Shown: piece by piece, positions 9,657 to 18,744 of the stretch
How positions within the stretch are numbered: position 1 is the stretch's first letter
Layout of the letters: every line of letters starts with the position of its first letter
Source: an uncultured Planctomycetales bacterium
GTDB lineage: Bacteria > Omnitrophota > Gorgyraeia > Zapsychrales > GWA2-47-8
Length of the DNA stretch: 64,000 nucleotides
Assembly (NCBI GenBank): GCA_964359575.1
Contig: CAYHTV010000001.1
Location: 5,547 to 69,546, forward strand
Reading direction: 5' to 3'
The notes under the pieces: generated by a model
Seen by the model: the letters and a program-made list of their open reading frames with translations, nothing else
Databases searched by the model: none
What the model was told of the DNA's origin: nothing
Made by a program: the position numbers and the translations under genes

Positions 9657-10880
9657 ATGCGTGATGTTTTGACGTTTATATTGGCCGGGGGAAAAGGGGA
9701 GCGTTTGGACCCCTTAACGCGGGATCGGGCGAAACCCGCGGTTCCTTTCGGTGGGATTTACCGGATTATCGATTTCACTTTGAGCAATTGCATCAATTCT
9801 GGTTTGCGCAGGGTTTATGTGCTCATTCAATACAAATCGTTTTCTCTACAAAAACATATCCTCGCTGGCTGGGATGTCGTTTCCAGCCAGTTAGGGGAAT
9901 TCATTGATGTGATTCCTGCCCAACAGCGCATCGGTTCCGATTGGTACAAGGGGACCGCGGATGCGATCTATCAAAATATTTACGCAATCCAGGACCTTAA
10001 TGCGCGCATGGTCCTGGTCCTGGCCGGCGATCATATTTATAAAATGAATTACCGCAAGATGATTGATTACCATAAAGCCATGAACGCGGATGTGACGGTG
10101 GCGTGTGTCTTAATGCCCAAGGAAACCGCGAACAATTTTGGGGTCGTGGAGGTTGATTCTAAAAATCAGGTATGCGGTTTTCAGGAAAAGCCGCAAAATC
10201 CCAGAACCCTGCCGCGCGATCCGAGCCAAATTTTTGCCTCGATGGGAATTTATCTTTTTAATAAAGATGTGCTTTTTGAAGAATTAGAGATCGACGCCCA
10301 GTCGAAAATTTCAGAACATGATTTTGGGAAGAACGTGATCCCGCAGATGCTGCAGCATAAACGCAAGATTTATGTGCATAATTTCATTGATGAAAAAAAT
10401 AAGCCTTTGTATTGGCGGGACATTGGAACGCGCGATGCCTATTACCAGGCGAACATGGATTTAGTGCGCGAAAATCCGGCTTTTAATCTTTATGATAAAT
10501 CCTGGCCGGTGAGGACTTATCACGCGCAGTACCCGCCGATCAAGCTGGTCAGCGCGTCCACTCGGCAAAGTGTGAGCCGTGGTTCGGTTCTGGACTCCAT
10601 CATTGCGGGAGGGTGCGTGATCACGGGAGGGCATATTGAGCGGTCGATTCTTTCTCCCAACGTGCGGATTTATCATGAGGCGTCTATCGCGGATTCTATT
10701 TTAATGGAGGGTGTTATTGTGGGAGAGCATTCTAAAATAAAAAACGCGATCATCGACAAAGAAGTGAATATCCCGCCCCGTTCCGTGATCGGTTATGATT
10801 TGGAATTAGATAAAAAGCGTTTTGCCGTGACCACGTCAGGAGTTGTTATTGTGCCCAAAAAAACAGCCATCCCCGAGTAG
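9657..10880 (+). CDS. glgC: Glucose-1-phosphate adenylyltransferase
   Basis: LAGGKGERL-x-PLT-x-RAKPAVPFGG, WY-x-GTADA, ASMGIY, YWRDIGT. Confidence 0.97.
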   Translation: MRDVLTFILAGGKGERLDPLTRDRAKPAVPFGGIYRIIDFTLSNCINSGLRRVYVLIQYKSFSLQKHILAGWDVVSSQLGEFIDVIPAQQRIGSDWYKGTADAIYQNIYAIQDLNARMVLVLAGDHIYKMNYRKMIDYHKAMNADVTVACVLMPKETANNFGVVEVDSKNQVCGFQEKPQNPRTLPRDPSQIFASMGIYLFNKDVLFEELEIDAQSKISEHDFGKNVIPQMLQHKRKIYVHNFIDEKNKPLYWRDIGTRDAYYQANMDLVRENPAFNLYDKSWPVRTYHAQYPPIKLVSASTRQSVSRGSVLDSIIAGGCVITGGHIERSILSPNVRIYHEASIADSILMEGVIVGEHSKIKNAIIDKEVNIPPRSVIGYDLELDKKRFAVTTSGVVIVPKKTAIPE

Positions 10881-10894
10881 ATCATCGTTTGTAT

Positions 10895-10997
10895 TATGGG
10901 CCTTTGTACAACTAAAGAAAAAAATTTGGATTTATCATTGAGGAGACAAAGGCCAATATTGACTACCTCAATTCTTTTGGTTCTACAAAGGTCAATA
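10895..10997 (-). mobile_element. MITE family A, copy 2
   Basis: Reverse complement of the 103-bp consensus. Confidence 0.9.
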
Positions 10998-11016
10998 ATA
11001 TAAAAAAGGGAACCTT

Positions 11017-12198
11017 ATGATTATTCAACCAAAAATTCGCGGATTTATTTGCACCACCGCCCACCCCGCCGGATGCGCGGCCAATGTGCAGAAGCAAATC
11101 GATTATGTTAAAGGCCAAGGACCTATTAAAAACGGCCCTACAAAAATTTTAGTGATCGGATCTTCCAACGGCTATGGTTTGGCCTCCCGAATTGTGGCGG
11201 CTTTTGGCTGCCAGGCCGCAACGGTTGGTGTTTTTTTTGAAAAAGAAGCGGAAGAAAAAAGGACAGCCACGGCAGGCTGGTACAATTCTATTGCTTTTGA
11301 TCGAGCCGCGAAAAAGGAAGGGCTGTATACCAAAAACTTCAATGGGGACGCGTTTTCCGATGAGATGAAAAAACAAGTTGTTGAAACAATTAAAAGGGAT
11401 TTGGGATCGGTGGATATGATCATGTACAGCCTGGCCGCTCCCCGACGGACACACCCGAAAACCGGAGGGATTGCGAAATCCGTGCTTAAACCCAAAGCTA
11501 TACCGTATACCAATAAATCTTTAGATTTTGATACGGATAAGCTTATTATGGTCACTTTGCAGCCAGCGAGCGAAGAGGAGATTCGCCAGACGGTTTCAGT
11601 CATGGGCGGGGAAGACTGGGAGATGTGGATTGATGGCCTGGATCAAGCAGGATGTTTAGCCAAAGGATGCATGACGGTTGCCTACTCTTATATTGGGCCG
11701 GACATTACAACCGCGGTTTATCGCAACGGAACGATTGGCGCGGCTAAGGATCACCTGGAAGCTACCGCGAAAAAATTGGATCAGCGGTTTAAAAAGATCG
11801 GCGGAAGGGCTTTTGTTTCCGTTAACAAGGCCTTAGTAACTCAATCCAGTTCCGCGATTCCATTTATCCCGTTATATTTTACAATTTTATCAAAAGTGCT
11901 TCGTGCCAAAGGAATCTACGAGGACTGCGTGCAGCAAATTTACCGTCTCTTTTCGCAGCGGCTTTATAACGGGCAGGGAATTCCGGTTGATGAAAAAGGC
12001 CGCATCCGCATCGATGATTTGGAAATGCGCGAAGATGTCCAGGAGGAAGTTAAAAAACTTTGGCAGCAGATCACGGAAGAAAATATTTCTCAAATAGCCG
12101 ATGTCAAAGGCTATCACGAAGATTTTTTAAAACTTTTTGGTTTTAGAGTTAAGGGTGTCGATTATCAAGCGGATGTTGACGCAGATATAAAGTTTTAG
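11017..12198 (+). CDS. fabV: Trans-2-enoyl-CoA/ACP reductase (FabV/Ter)
   Basis: MIIQPKIRGFICTTAHP, GSSNGYGLASR, VMGGEDW, YSYIGP...GTIG-x-AK. Confidence 0.95.
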   Translation: MIIQPKIRGFICTTAHPAGCAANVQKQIDYVKGQGPIKNGPTKILVIGSSNGYGLASRIVAAFGCQAATVGVFFEKEAEEKRTATAGWYNSIAFDRAAKKEGLYTKNFNGDAFSDEMKKQVVETIKRDLGSVDMIMYSLAAPRRTHPKTGGIAKSVLKPKAIPYTNKSLDFDTDKLIMVTLQPASEEEIRQTVSVMGGEDWEMWIDGLDQAGCLAKGCMTVAYSYIGPDITTAVYRNGTIGAAKDHLEATAKKLDQRFKKIGGRAFVSVNKALVTQSSSAIPFIPLYFTILSKVLRAKGIYEDCVQQIYRLFSQRLYNGQGIPVDEKGRIRIDDLEMREDVQEEVKKLWQQITEENISQIADVKGYHEDFLKLFGFRVKGVDYQADVDADIKF

Positions 12199-12418
12199 CC
12201 TCCTCGCAGTTTTCTTGAATCCATAAAACCCAAATCAGTTAGCACTGTATTCCCTTTTTTACAGAATGTCATTTTATGTTAATAAGTGCGCATATATGCG
12301 GATTTATTGTGTTATGTGTATTAAATGTCAATAAAATAGATAATATAGTATAAAAAGTTAGAATTCCAAAGAAATTGTTGACATCTGTTTATATTTATAA
12401 TAAATTGACAATTGCTAT

Positions 12419-12521
12419 TATTGACCTTTGTAGAACCAAAAGAATTGAGGTAGTCAATATTGGCCTTTGTCTCCTCAATGATAAATCCAAATTTTTTTCT
12501 TTAGTTGTACAAAGGCCCATA
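12419..12521 (+). mobile_element. MITE family A, copy 3
   Basis: 103-bp consensus match. Confidence 0.9.
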
Positions 12522-12578
12522 AATGTCTTCAAATCATTGAAAAAATATATGGTTGTGATATTTAGCAGTTAAAATTTT

Positions 12579-12761
12579 ATGCCATACGAAAATTTGCTAA
12601 CAATTGAGGAAGTGGCAAAATATCTCCGCGTGAAAAAGCGGACGATTTACGACTGGGTAAAAAAAGGAAAAATTCCAGCTATTAAAGCGGTCGGACAGTG
12701 GCGGTTTAAACGGGAAACAATCGATGCGTGGCTGGAGAGTATGAAAGAGAGTGTGAAATAA
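12579..12761 (+). CDS. Excisionase-family (HTH_17/MerR-like) DNA-binding protein
   Basis: LLTIEEVAKYLRV...TIYDWV..GKIPAIK..GQWRF. Confidence 0.9.
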   Translation: MPYENLLTIEEVAKYLRVKKRTIYDWVKKGKIPAIKAVGQWRFKRETIDAWLESMKESVK

Positions 12762-12772
12762 GGAGGATAAAA

Positions 12773-13033
12773 ATGGCAATAGTAGATATTAATAATGTTG
12801 AAAAGGATATGCGCGAGCTTATCGCGGAAATTTTGGAAGGTGAGCCTTCCGATATCAAAGGGGAGGCCAATTTCGTGAAAGATCTTGGCATGGATTCGAT
12901 GATGGCTTTGGAAGTTTTGGCCGGCATTGAAAAAAAGTATCGTATTGTTATTCCTGAGGATCTGTTACCAAAATTTACCGATTTGAATGCCACGGTCACG
13001 ATCGTAAAAAAATTATTGGCTAATAAGAAATAA
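12773..13033 (+). CDS. Acyl carrier protein
   Basis: DLGMDSM phosphopantetheine site; AGGAGG RBS before the ATG at 12773. Confidence 0.9.
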   Translation: MAIVDINNVEKDMRELIAEILEGEPSDIKGEANFVKDLGMDSMMALEVLAGIEKKYRIVIPEDLLPKFTDLNATVTIVKKLLANKK

Positions 13034-13087
13034 ATTTTAATAACTCTCCATTCGCAAGCACAGTAAAGAAAAAGGGAGGAGCGACGA

Positions 13088-16000
13088 ATGTATTTTAAAC
13101 GGCTGGAGATCTTTGGTTTCAAATCATTCGCGGATAAAACAACTCTTAATTTTGAGCCGGGGATCACCGCCATCGTGGGGCCTAATGGATGCGGCAAGAG
13201 CAATGTCTTTGATTCGATCCGCTGGGTTTTAGGAGAACAAAGCGTCAAAGAATTGCGCGGTTCGACGATGGAGGATGTTATTTTTAATGGGACCGATAAA
13301 AAACCTGCCCTGGGATTTGCCGAGGTCAGCCTCACCTTTTCCAATGAAGCGAAAATGTTGCCCATCGAATACGATGAAGTCACGGTGACCCGGCGGCTTT
13401 TCCGTTCGGGAGAAAGCGAATATCTCCTCAATAAAAGTGTCGTGCGTCTGCGCGACATTCAGGAGTTATTTATGGGAACGGGAGTCGGCGCAGAGGCTTA
13501 TTCGCTCGTCCAGCAGGGAAAAGTGGATCTGGTGGTGAGCGCGCGCCCTGAGGACCGCCGCATGATTTTGGACGAGGCCTCCGGCATCACCAAATATAAA
13601 TCCAAGAAAAAAGAGGCCTTGAACCGGCTCAAAGATACCGAAAATAATTTATTGCGCATCAATGACATTATTATCGAAGTCAAGCGGCAGATTGCCTCCA
13701 TTGAACGCCAGGCGACCAAGGCGAGAAAATATAAAGAAGAATTTCAGAAGTTGCAGAGTTTAGAAGTTCAATTGGCCCGGCACCAGTTGAAAAGGAACGC
13801 AGATGAGAAGAGCCAACTGCAGAATCAATTGAATGAGCTGCGCGAGCAAGAGTCGCGGTTGAGCCAAGAATTAACGGAAAATGGCAGTCTTTTAGAGAGC
13901 CAAGGACAATTGCTCAGCGACTTAGAGCAGAAGATCAATGAGCTTCATAGTGAAGATATTAAACTGGAAAGTCAACTGGATATCAATAACCGCCAAATTG
14001 GTTTTAATGAAGAGCGTATTGCGAACTTAACGGATACAGAAGTTCGCCTGGTCGAAAAGAAAACTCAGCTTCTGGAGCGCTGCCGTAAAGAGCAGGAGCG
14101 CATTGAAGAATTAAAGCAGGGTCTGGTGAGGCTAAGCGGCGAGCTGCAAGAAAAGGTGCAAGCCTTGCGCACAAGAAAAGAAAATTTAAATAGCATTACC
14201 ATTTCTGTTGCGGAGGCGCAGAGATCTATCCTCCAGTATGAAGAGAACATTCTCAACGTTACTTCAAAACAGGTGAGTATTAGAAATGAACTCACCGAAG
14301 TGATGAAAGAAATTCAAGGCTGCCTGGCCCGTAACCGCCGTTTGGAATTGGAAAATACCAAAGTTTCTTCAGAAAAACAAGAAGTGGATGAAAAATTACA
14401 GGCGATTTCGCAGCAGCTTCAGAAGGCCTTAGAAATATTGACCGGCCTGAGGGTCGAACAGGAAAACAATAATCAGATTTTAAATGATCTCAACGGCCAG
14501 TTGGGAATCTTGGAGCAGGACATCAACAGTTTGGAAAAAAATAAATTTTCGCTCGAATCGCAAAGGGAATTTATTGAAAAACTGCAAGTGCAATACAAAG
14601 ATATCCCCGATCCGATTATTGAGGGGCGGCTTATCACTTCCACACCGCCTTCAGAAAAGCATACCGGGATTATTGGAAAAGTTAAAGATGTGGTGGAGCT
14701 TGACCCGCAGCGGGCGGAGGTCATTCGTAACAGTTTTCAGGACTCAAATCGGGAGCATCTTTTTGAAGTCTATTGCGAAGCGAAATTTATTGAGCTGGAT
14801 CCCCAGCAGATTATCGACCGGATTCAACGGATACATGAAGAAATTGTCTTAAAACAAGAGCAGCGCCGAGAATGGGTAGCCAAGATCGAAGAACAAAAGT
14901 CCCGCAATGACGAGATCGATAAGGCCATATATGATGAAGAAAAAGTCATCTCAATCCTGGAATCGCAGAAAAAAGACATTCTGGATGATATGAACAAATT
15001 GCTCAATGAGCTGGAGTTGGTCGATAGCGAGCTCGGCGAAGTCAGGGAATCCTTAAATCACTTGAAAAAGAAAGAAGAAGAGTTAATCTTCCATTTTGAT
15101 ACTTTGGCGCAGGATTTGACATCTTACCAGAATAATATTAAAGAACGTCAGAATTTTATCAGTTTTAAGCGCCAGCAGAAGGAAGAGGTTACGGTGGCGA
15201 TTGCGCAACTAGAGACGGAAGTGGAATCGGGACGGGAAAAACAAAAAGCCCAATTGGAAAATTTAAATCTTTTCGAGCAAGGCCTTGATCAGGAGTTAGG
15301 AGAGATTAAGAAATTTGATGATGAACAGGCCGAGTACTTGCAGAAACGGGAACAGTTTCAAAATGAAATTGTTCAGCTGCAAGAAACCATTGAGCGGCTC
15401 AAAGATCAGAAGCAGTCTTTGAAAAATATTCTTATTGAGCAGGAACGTGAGAAGGCGGAAGTTCTTCAACGGCTCAATGGCTTCCGGGCGCATATGGCTT
15501 CACTGGAAGAGGAGATCATTGAAATTAAGCAAGCCTTGCATAGCCAAGAAATGAAGGAGCAGGAAATTTCCTTCAATGAAAGGGGGATTAAAGACCGCTT
15601 AGTACAGGCTTATCGGATTAATCTGGATGAGATGGCGGAGGATGCCTTGCCAGCGCCTGTTGGGGAGATTCCCGTTGGCTCGGATGAATTTATCGGTCAA
15701 GTTGAGCGTCTGAAAAAGCGCTGTGAGTCTTTTGGCTCGGTGAATTTGGTCGCGATTGAAGAATTTGAAGAATTAAAACAGCGGTTTGAGTTTTTAACCA
15801 AGCAGCAAAGCGATCTTTTGGAAGCGAAGGATTCGCTGCATAAAACTATCACGCAGATCAACCGTAAGACCCGTCAGATGTTTATGGAGACCTTCACCCG
15901 GGTCAGCGAAGAATTTAGGATTTATTTCCGGATGCTTTTTGGGGGAGGGGAAGCCCAGTTGGTTTTGTTAGATCAAGAAAATGTTTTAGAATCAGGTATT

Positions 16001-16369
16001 GAGATTGTGGCCCGTCCCCCCGGGAAGAAATTACAGAATATCAGCCTTCTCTCCGGCGGGGAAAAATCTTTAACCGCCATCGCGCTTATCTTCGGAGTTT
16101 TTAAGGTGCGCCCCAGTCCATTTTGCATTCTCGATGAAATCGATGCGGCTTTGGACGAATCTAACGTGGGCCGCTTCAGTTATCTGCTCAAAGACTTTGC
16201 GAAGATCGCCCAATTTATCATTATTACCCACAATAAACGCACCATCGCCAGTTCGGATGTGATGTATGGCATCACCATGCAAGAGACAGGGGTTTCTAGT
16301 ATTGTCTCGGTAAAATTTTCAGAAGAAGAGAAGAATAAGAATCAGGAAGAAGTTGCGGCGGGCGTTTAA
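13088..16369 (+). CDS. smc: Chromosome segregation ATPase Smc (short hinge)
   Basis: GPNGCGKSN Walker A, Q-loop, long coiled coils, LSGGEKS, ILDEIDAALD. Confidence 0.95.
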   Translation: MYFKRLEIFGFKSFADKTTLNFEPGITAIVGPNGCGKSNVFDSIRWVLGEQSVKELRGSTMEDVIFNGTDKKPALGFAEVSLTFSNEAKMLPIEYDEVTVTRRLFRSGESEYLLNKSVVRLRDIQELFMGTGVGAEAYSLVQQGKVDLVVSARPEDRRMILDEASGITKYKSKKKEALNRLKDTENNLLRINDIIIEVKRQIASIERQATKARKYKEEFQKLQSLEVQLARHQLKRNADEKSQLQNQLNELREQESRLSQELTENGSLLESQGQLLSDLEQKINELHSEDIKLESQLDINNRQIGFNEERIANLTDTEVRLVEKKTQLLERCRKEQERIEELKQGLVRLSGELQEKVQALRTRKENLNSITISVAEAQRSILQYEENILNVTSKQVSIRNELTEVMKEIQGCLARNRRLELENTKVSSEKQEVDEKLQAISQQLQKALEILTGLRVEQENNNQILNDLNGQLGILEQDINSLEKNKFSLESQREFIEKLQVQYKDIPDPIIEGRLITSTPPSEKHTGIIGKVKDVVELDPQRAEVIRNSFQDSNREHLFEVYCEAKFIELDPQQIIDRIQRIHEEIVLKQEQRREWVAKIEEQKSRNDEIDKAIYDEEKVISILESQKKDILDDMNKLLNELELVDSELGEVRESLNHLKKKEEELIFHFDTLAQDLTSYQNNIKERQNFISFKRQQKEEVTVAIAQLETEVESGREKQKAQLENLNLFEQGLDQELGEIKKFDDEQAEYLQKREQFQNEIVQLQETIERLKDQKQSLKNILIEQEREKAEVLQRLNGFRAHMASLEEEIIEIKQALHSQEMKEQEISFNERGIKDRLVQAYRINLDEMAEDALPAPVGEIPVGSDEFIGQVERLKKRCESFGSVNLVAIEEFEELKQRFEFLTKQQSDLLEAKDSLHKTITQINRKTRQMFMETFTRVSEEFRIYFRMLFGGGEAQLVLLDQENVLESGIEIVARPPGKKLQNISLLSGGEKSLTAIALIFGVFKVRPSPFCILDEIDAALDESNVGRFSYLLKDFAKIAQFIIITHNKRTIASSDVMYGITMQETGVSSIVSVKFSEEEKNKNQEEVAAGV

Positions 16370-16375
16370 ATCATC

Positions 16376-16478
16376 TATTGACCTTTGTAGAACCAAAAGA
16401 ATTGAGGTAGTCAATATTGGCCTTTGTCTCCTCAATGATAAATCCAAATTTTTTTCTTTAGTTGTACAAAGGCCCATA
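16376..16478 (+). mobile_element. MITE family A, copy 4
   Basis: 103-bp consensus match between the convergent smc and GGDEF genes. Confidence 0.9.
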
Positions 16479-16494
16479 AGATTTCCAGCTGAGA

Positions 16495-17700
16495 TTAAAT
16501 CTTTTCCTTGTCAGTCACGCAGGTTTGATTCTTTCCGGCAAATTTGGCAATGTACATGGTCTTGTCGGCCTTGGCAATCAACTCTTCCTTGCTCTGGGCA
16601 TCATCGGGGAAAGTGGCTAAGCCAATGCTGACTGTAATATTCAAATTTTGATTCAAATGAAATTTAGAAAAATCGTGATGCGCAATTTCTTCACGCATCC
16701 GTTCGGCGATGTCAAAACCTTGCTCTTTGCTGGTTTGAGTGAGAACAATCGAAAATTCCTCTCCGCCGTAGCGGCAAACGAAATCCCGATCGCGGGATGA
16801 TTTTTTCAATAATGTGGCTAATTCACGCAAGAGGATGTCCCCGTTTTGGTGGCCGTAGGTATCATTGAATTTTTTAAAATTATCGATGTCGATCATCAGT
16901 AAAGTCAATTTTTCGCTGCTCTTTTGGGTCTTTTCCATTTCTTCGGAAAGAATGTGCTGAAAGAATCCGTGATTCCAGACTTGCGTGATGGAATCGGTGT
17001 GGCTTTTTTGGACAACCATTTCATAGAGCTGCGAATTTTCGATGGCAAGTCCTGCCTGGTTGGCTAACATGACAAAAATTTTGACGTCTTGCGGTGTAAT
17101 CGGCTTCTGGGTAAATAAGTTGTCAGCCACAATGAGACCGATGATTTTTTCCTTCCCCTTAAGCGGAGCGACAATCAATTCACTGCTATGAAAAGTTTGC
17201 AGGAGAGGGGAATTGCGGTATGGATCGAGTTCCGGCCCGCGCAGCAGTAAAGGGGTTCCTTTATGAAATGCCATGGCGAGTAAACTGCCGTCACTGGCAT
17301 AAAGCGGAATTTTTAAATTTTTGACGGCCTCATAAAGCGTGGACGAATTTTGTATCAGAGACAATTTGTCAGCGGCGATGAGATCTTCAAGCTTTTGATC
17401 TGACTCTTTGATATAGGTCCAAATTTGATCAGCGTGTTCTCCCGATGCTGGGCCGATGGCCATTTTGGTTTCCAGGCACCTTTCGTGTTTATTGACCAAG
17501 AAAAGAATGGCCCGGTTAAAGCCTAATCCCTCATGAGAGGTCACGCCGGTTAGAATGATGTACATGATATGGTTAAGCTCGAGCGTGGTGCGCATCGCAT
17601 TGCTGATGTCATAAAGGACGGAGAGTTCTTTCTGCGCTTGGTCAAGCTGGCCTTTAAGGCTTTCCATATCTCTGGCTATTGGTTTATCCATGATTTCCAT
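16495..17700 (-). CDS. GAF-GGDEF diguanylate cyclase
   Basis: GAF-like N-terminus; DIDNFK..ND.YGH..GD; RxxD I-site followed by RYGGEEF. Confidence 0.92.
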   Translation of the reverse strand: MEIMDKPIARDMESLKGQLDQAQKELSVLYDISNAMRTTLELNHIMYIILTGVTSHEGLGFNRAILFLVNKHERCLETKMAIGPASGEHADQIWTYIKESDQKLEDLIAADKLSLIQNSSTLYEAVKNLKIPLYASDGSLLAMAFHKGTPLLLRGPELDPYRNSPLLQTFHSSELIVAPLKGKEKIIGLIVADNLFTQKPITPQDVKIFVMLANQAGLAIENSQLYEMVVQKSHTDSITQVWNHGFFQHILSEEMEKTQKSSEKLTLLMIDIDNFKKFNDTYGHQNGDILLRELATLLKKSSRDRDFVCRYGGEEFSIVLTQTSKEQGFDIAERMREEIAHHDFSKFHLNQNLNITVSIGLATFPDDAQSKEELIAKADKTMYIAKFAGKNQTCVTDKEKI

Positions 17701-17943
17701 AGGTTTTTTGTATTCAATATTTTAACTTATAATTAAGAAATTTATTACTAAAAATAATATTTTTTTGTGACCGCACATACATATCAAAATGGGTAGTTAA
17801 TTATTAGTGCTTTGGAAAGATACCATTTTTCGTTTGCGTTGTCAAGGTCGTGGGCTGTTGCCCCTGGGGAGTAAATATCATAAGGCAATAATTATCAACA
17901 GCTTACAGTCGTTTTAAAGGCGATGTTTCATGTAAGCGTTTTC

Positions 17944-17973
17944 TTGACATTAAACAAGGCTGTATGTTATACT
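17944..17973 (+). promoter_or_regulatory. sigma70-type promoter upstream of cvpA-dnaG
   Basis: TTGACA-N18-TATACT with a TG extension. Confidence 0.55.
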
Positions 17974-17999
17974 TGAGCACCTAAGGCAGAATTTTATCT

Positions 18000-18590
18000 A
18001 TGATTGATGACTTATTTGTCAATTTTAACTGGATTGACATTCTGATCGTTATTATTATTTTCAGAATTGTTTATTCTGGGATTAAGAGCAATATCCTGGT
18101 AGAGTTTTTGGCTTTACTTGGTGTTGTCATGGCAAATTTTGTGATACTCCACTACTACACACGCTTTTCTGACTTCTTGCATGAAAAGCTTTTTATGCCC
18201 AGGGGTGTACAGGATTTTTTTGCTTTTTTACTCATTTGGTTAACGGTGTATGTGATATTTAAGTTAATTATTAACGGTTGGATGCTGCTTATTAAAGCGC
18301 AGACCCATCCGGCAGTGGATCAGTGGGGAGGAGCTTCTCTTTCCTTTGTGCGCAGTTTGTTTGTGTGCGGTTTGATCTTCATGGTCTTTTTGGTCTCGGG
18401 GAATGAGTATTTTCAAAAAATTTCCAGGCAGTCTTTTTCCGGTTTTTATTTGTTGGATTTTTCGCCAAAAGTGTACCGGTATTGTTATGATAATGTGGTG
18501 GTTAAGTTTTTCCCTGATGAGCAGTTGAATGAACACGCATTTCAGGTATTAGCGCAAGCCCAAAAACAGAGTCACCAGAAGAAAAAGTAG
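18000..18590 (+). CDS. CvpA (colicin V production) family membrane protein
   Basis: NWIDILIV...G...E...G motif, 4 TMs, D.WGG. Confidence 0.8.
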   Translation: MIDDLFVNFNWIDILIVIIIFRIVYSGIKSNILVEFLALLGVVMANFVILHYYTRFSDFLHEKLFMPRGVQDFFAFLLIWLTVYVIFKLIINGWMLLIKAQTHPAVDQWGGASLSFVRSLFVCGLIFMVFLVSGNEYFQKISRQSFSGFYLLDFSPKVYRYCYDNVVVKFFPDEQLNEHAFQVLAQAQKQSHQKKK

Positions 18591-18627
18591 CATTCATACC
18601 GTTGCAGTGTTTACCCGCGCGCGACAC

Positions 18628-18730
18628 TATGGGCCTTTGTACAACTAAAGAAAAAAATTTGGATTTATCATTGAGGAGACAAAGGCCAATATTGACTACC
18701 TCAATTCTTTTGGTTCTACAAAGGTCAATA
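18628..18730 (-). mobile_element. MITE family A, copy 5
   Basis: Reverse-complement consensus, 14 nt before the dnaG start. Confidence 0.9.
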
Positions 18731-18744
18731 AGAAATTAATAGCC

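Noticed and set aside
12375-12572. Small ORFs sharing IDLCRTKRIEVVNIGLCLLNDKSKFFSLVVQRPI (also 16353..16631, and the reverse frame in 9363..9641)
   Set aside because: They are read-throughs of MITE A with unrelated flanks and no RBS, not a gene family; it is noted only that the element is stop-free in one frame on each strand
12579-12761. Excisionase as evidence for a prophage or ICE
   Set aside because: No integrase, att site or phage genes nearby; HTH_17 proteins are commonly stand-alone regulators
12706-13458. 250-aa reverse-strand ORF and the many other antisense ORFs in the track
   Set aside because: They are shadows of well-supported + strand genes (smc, lepB, pckA and others) with no recognisable motifs
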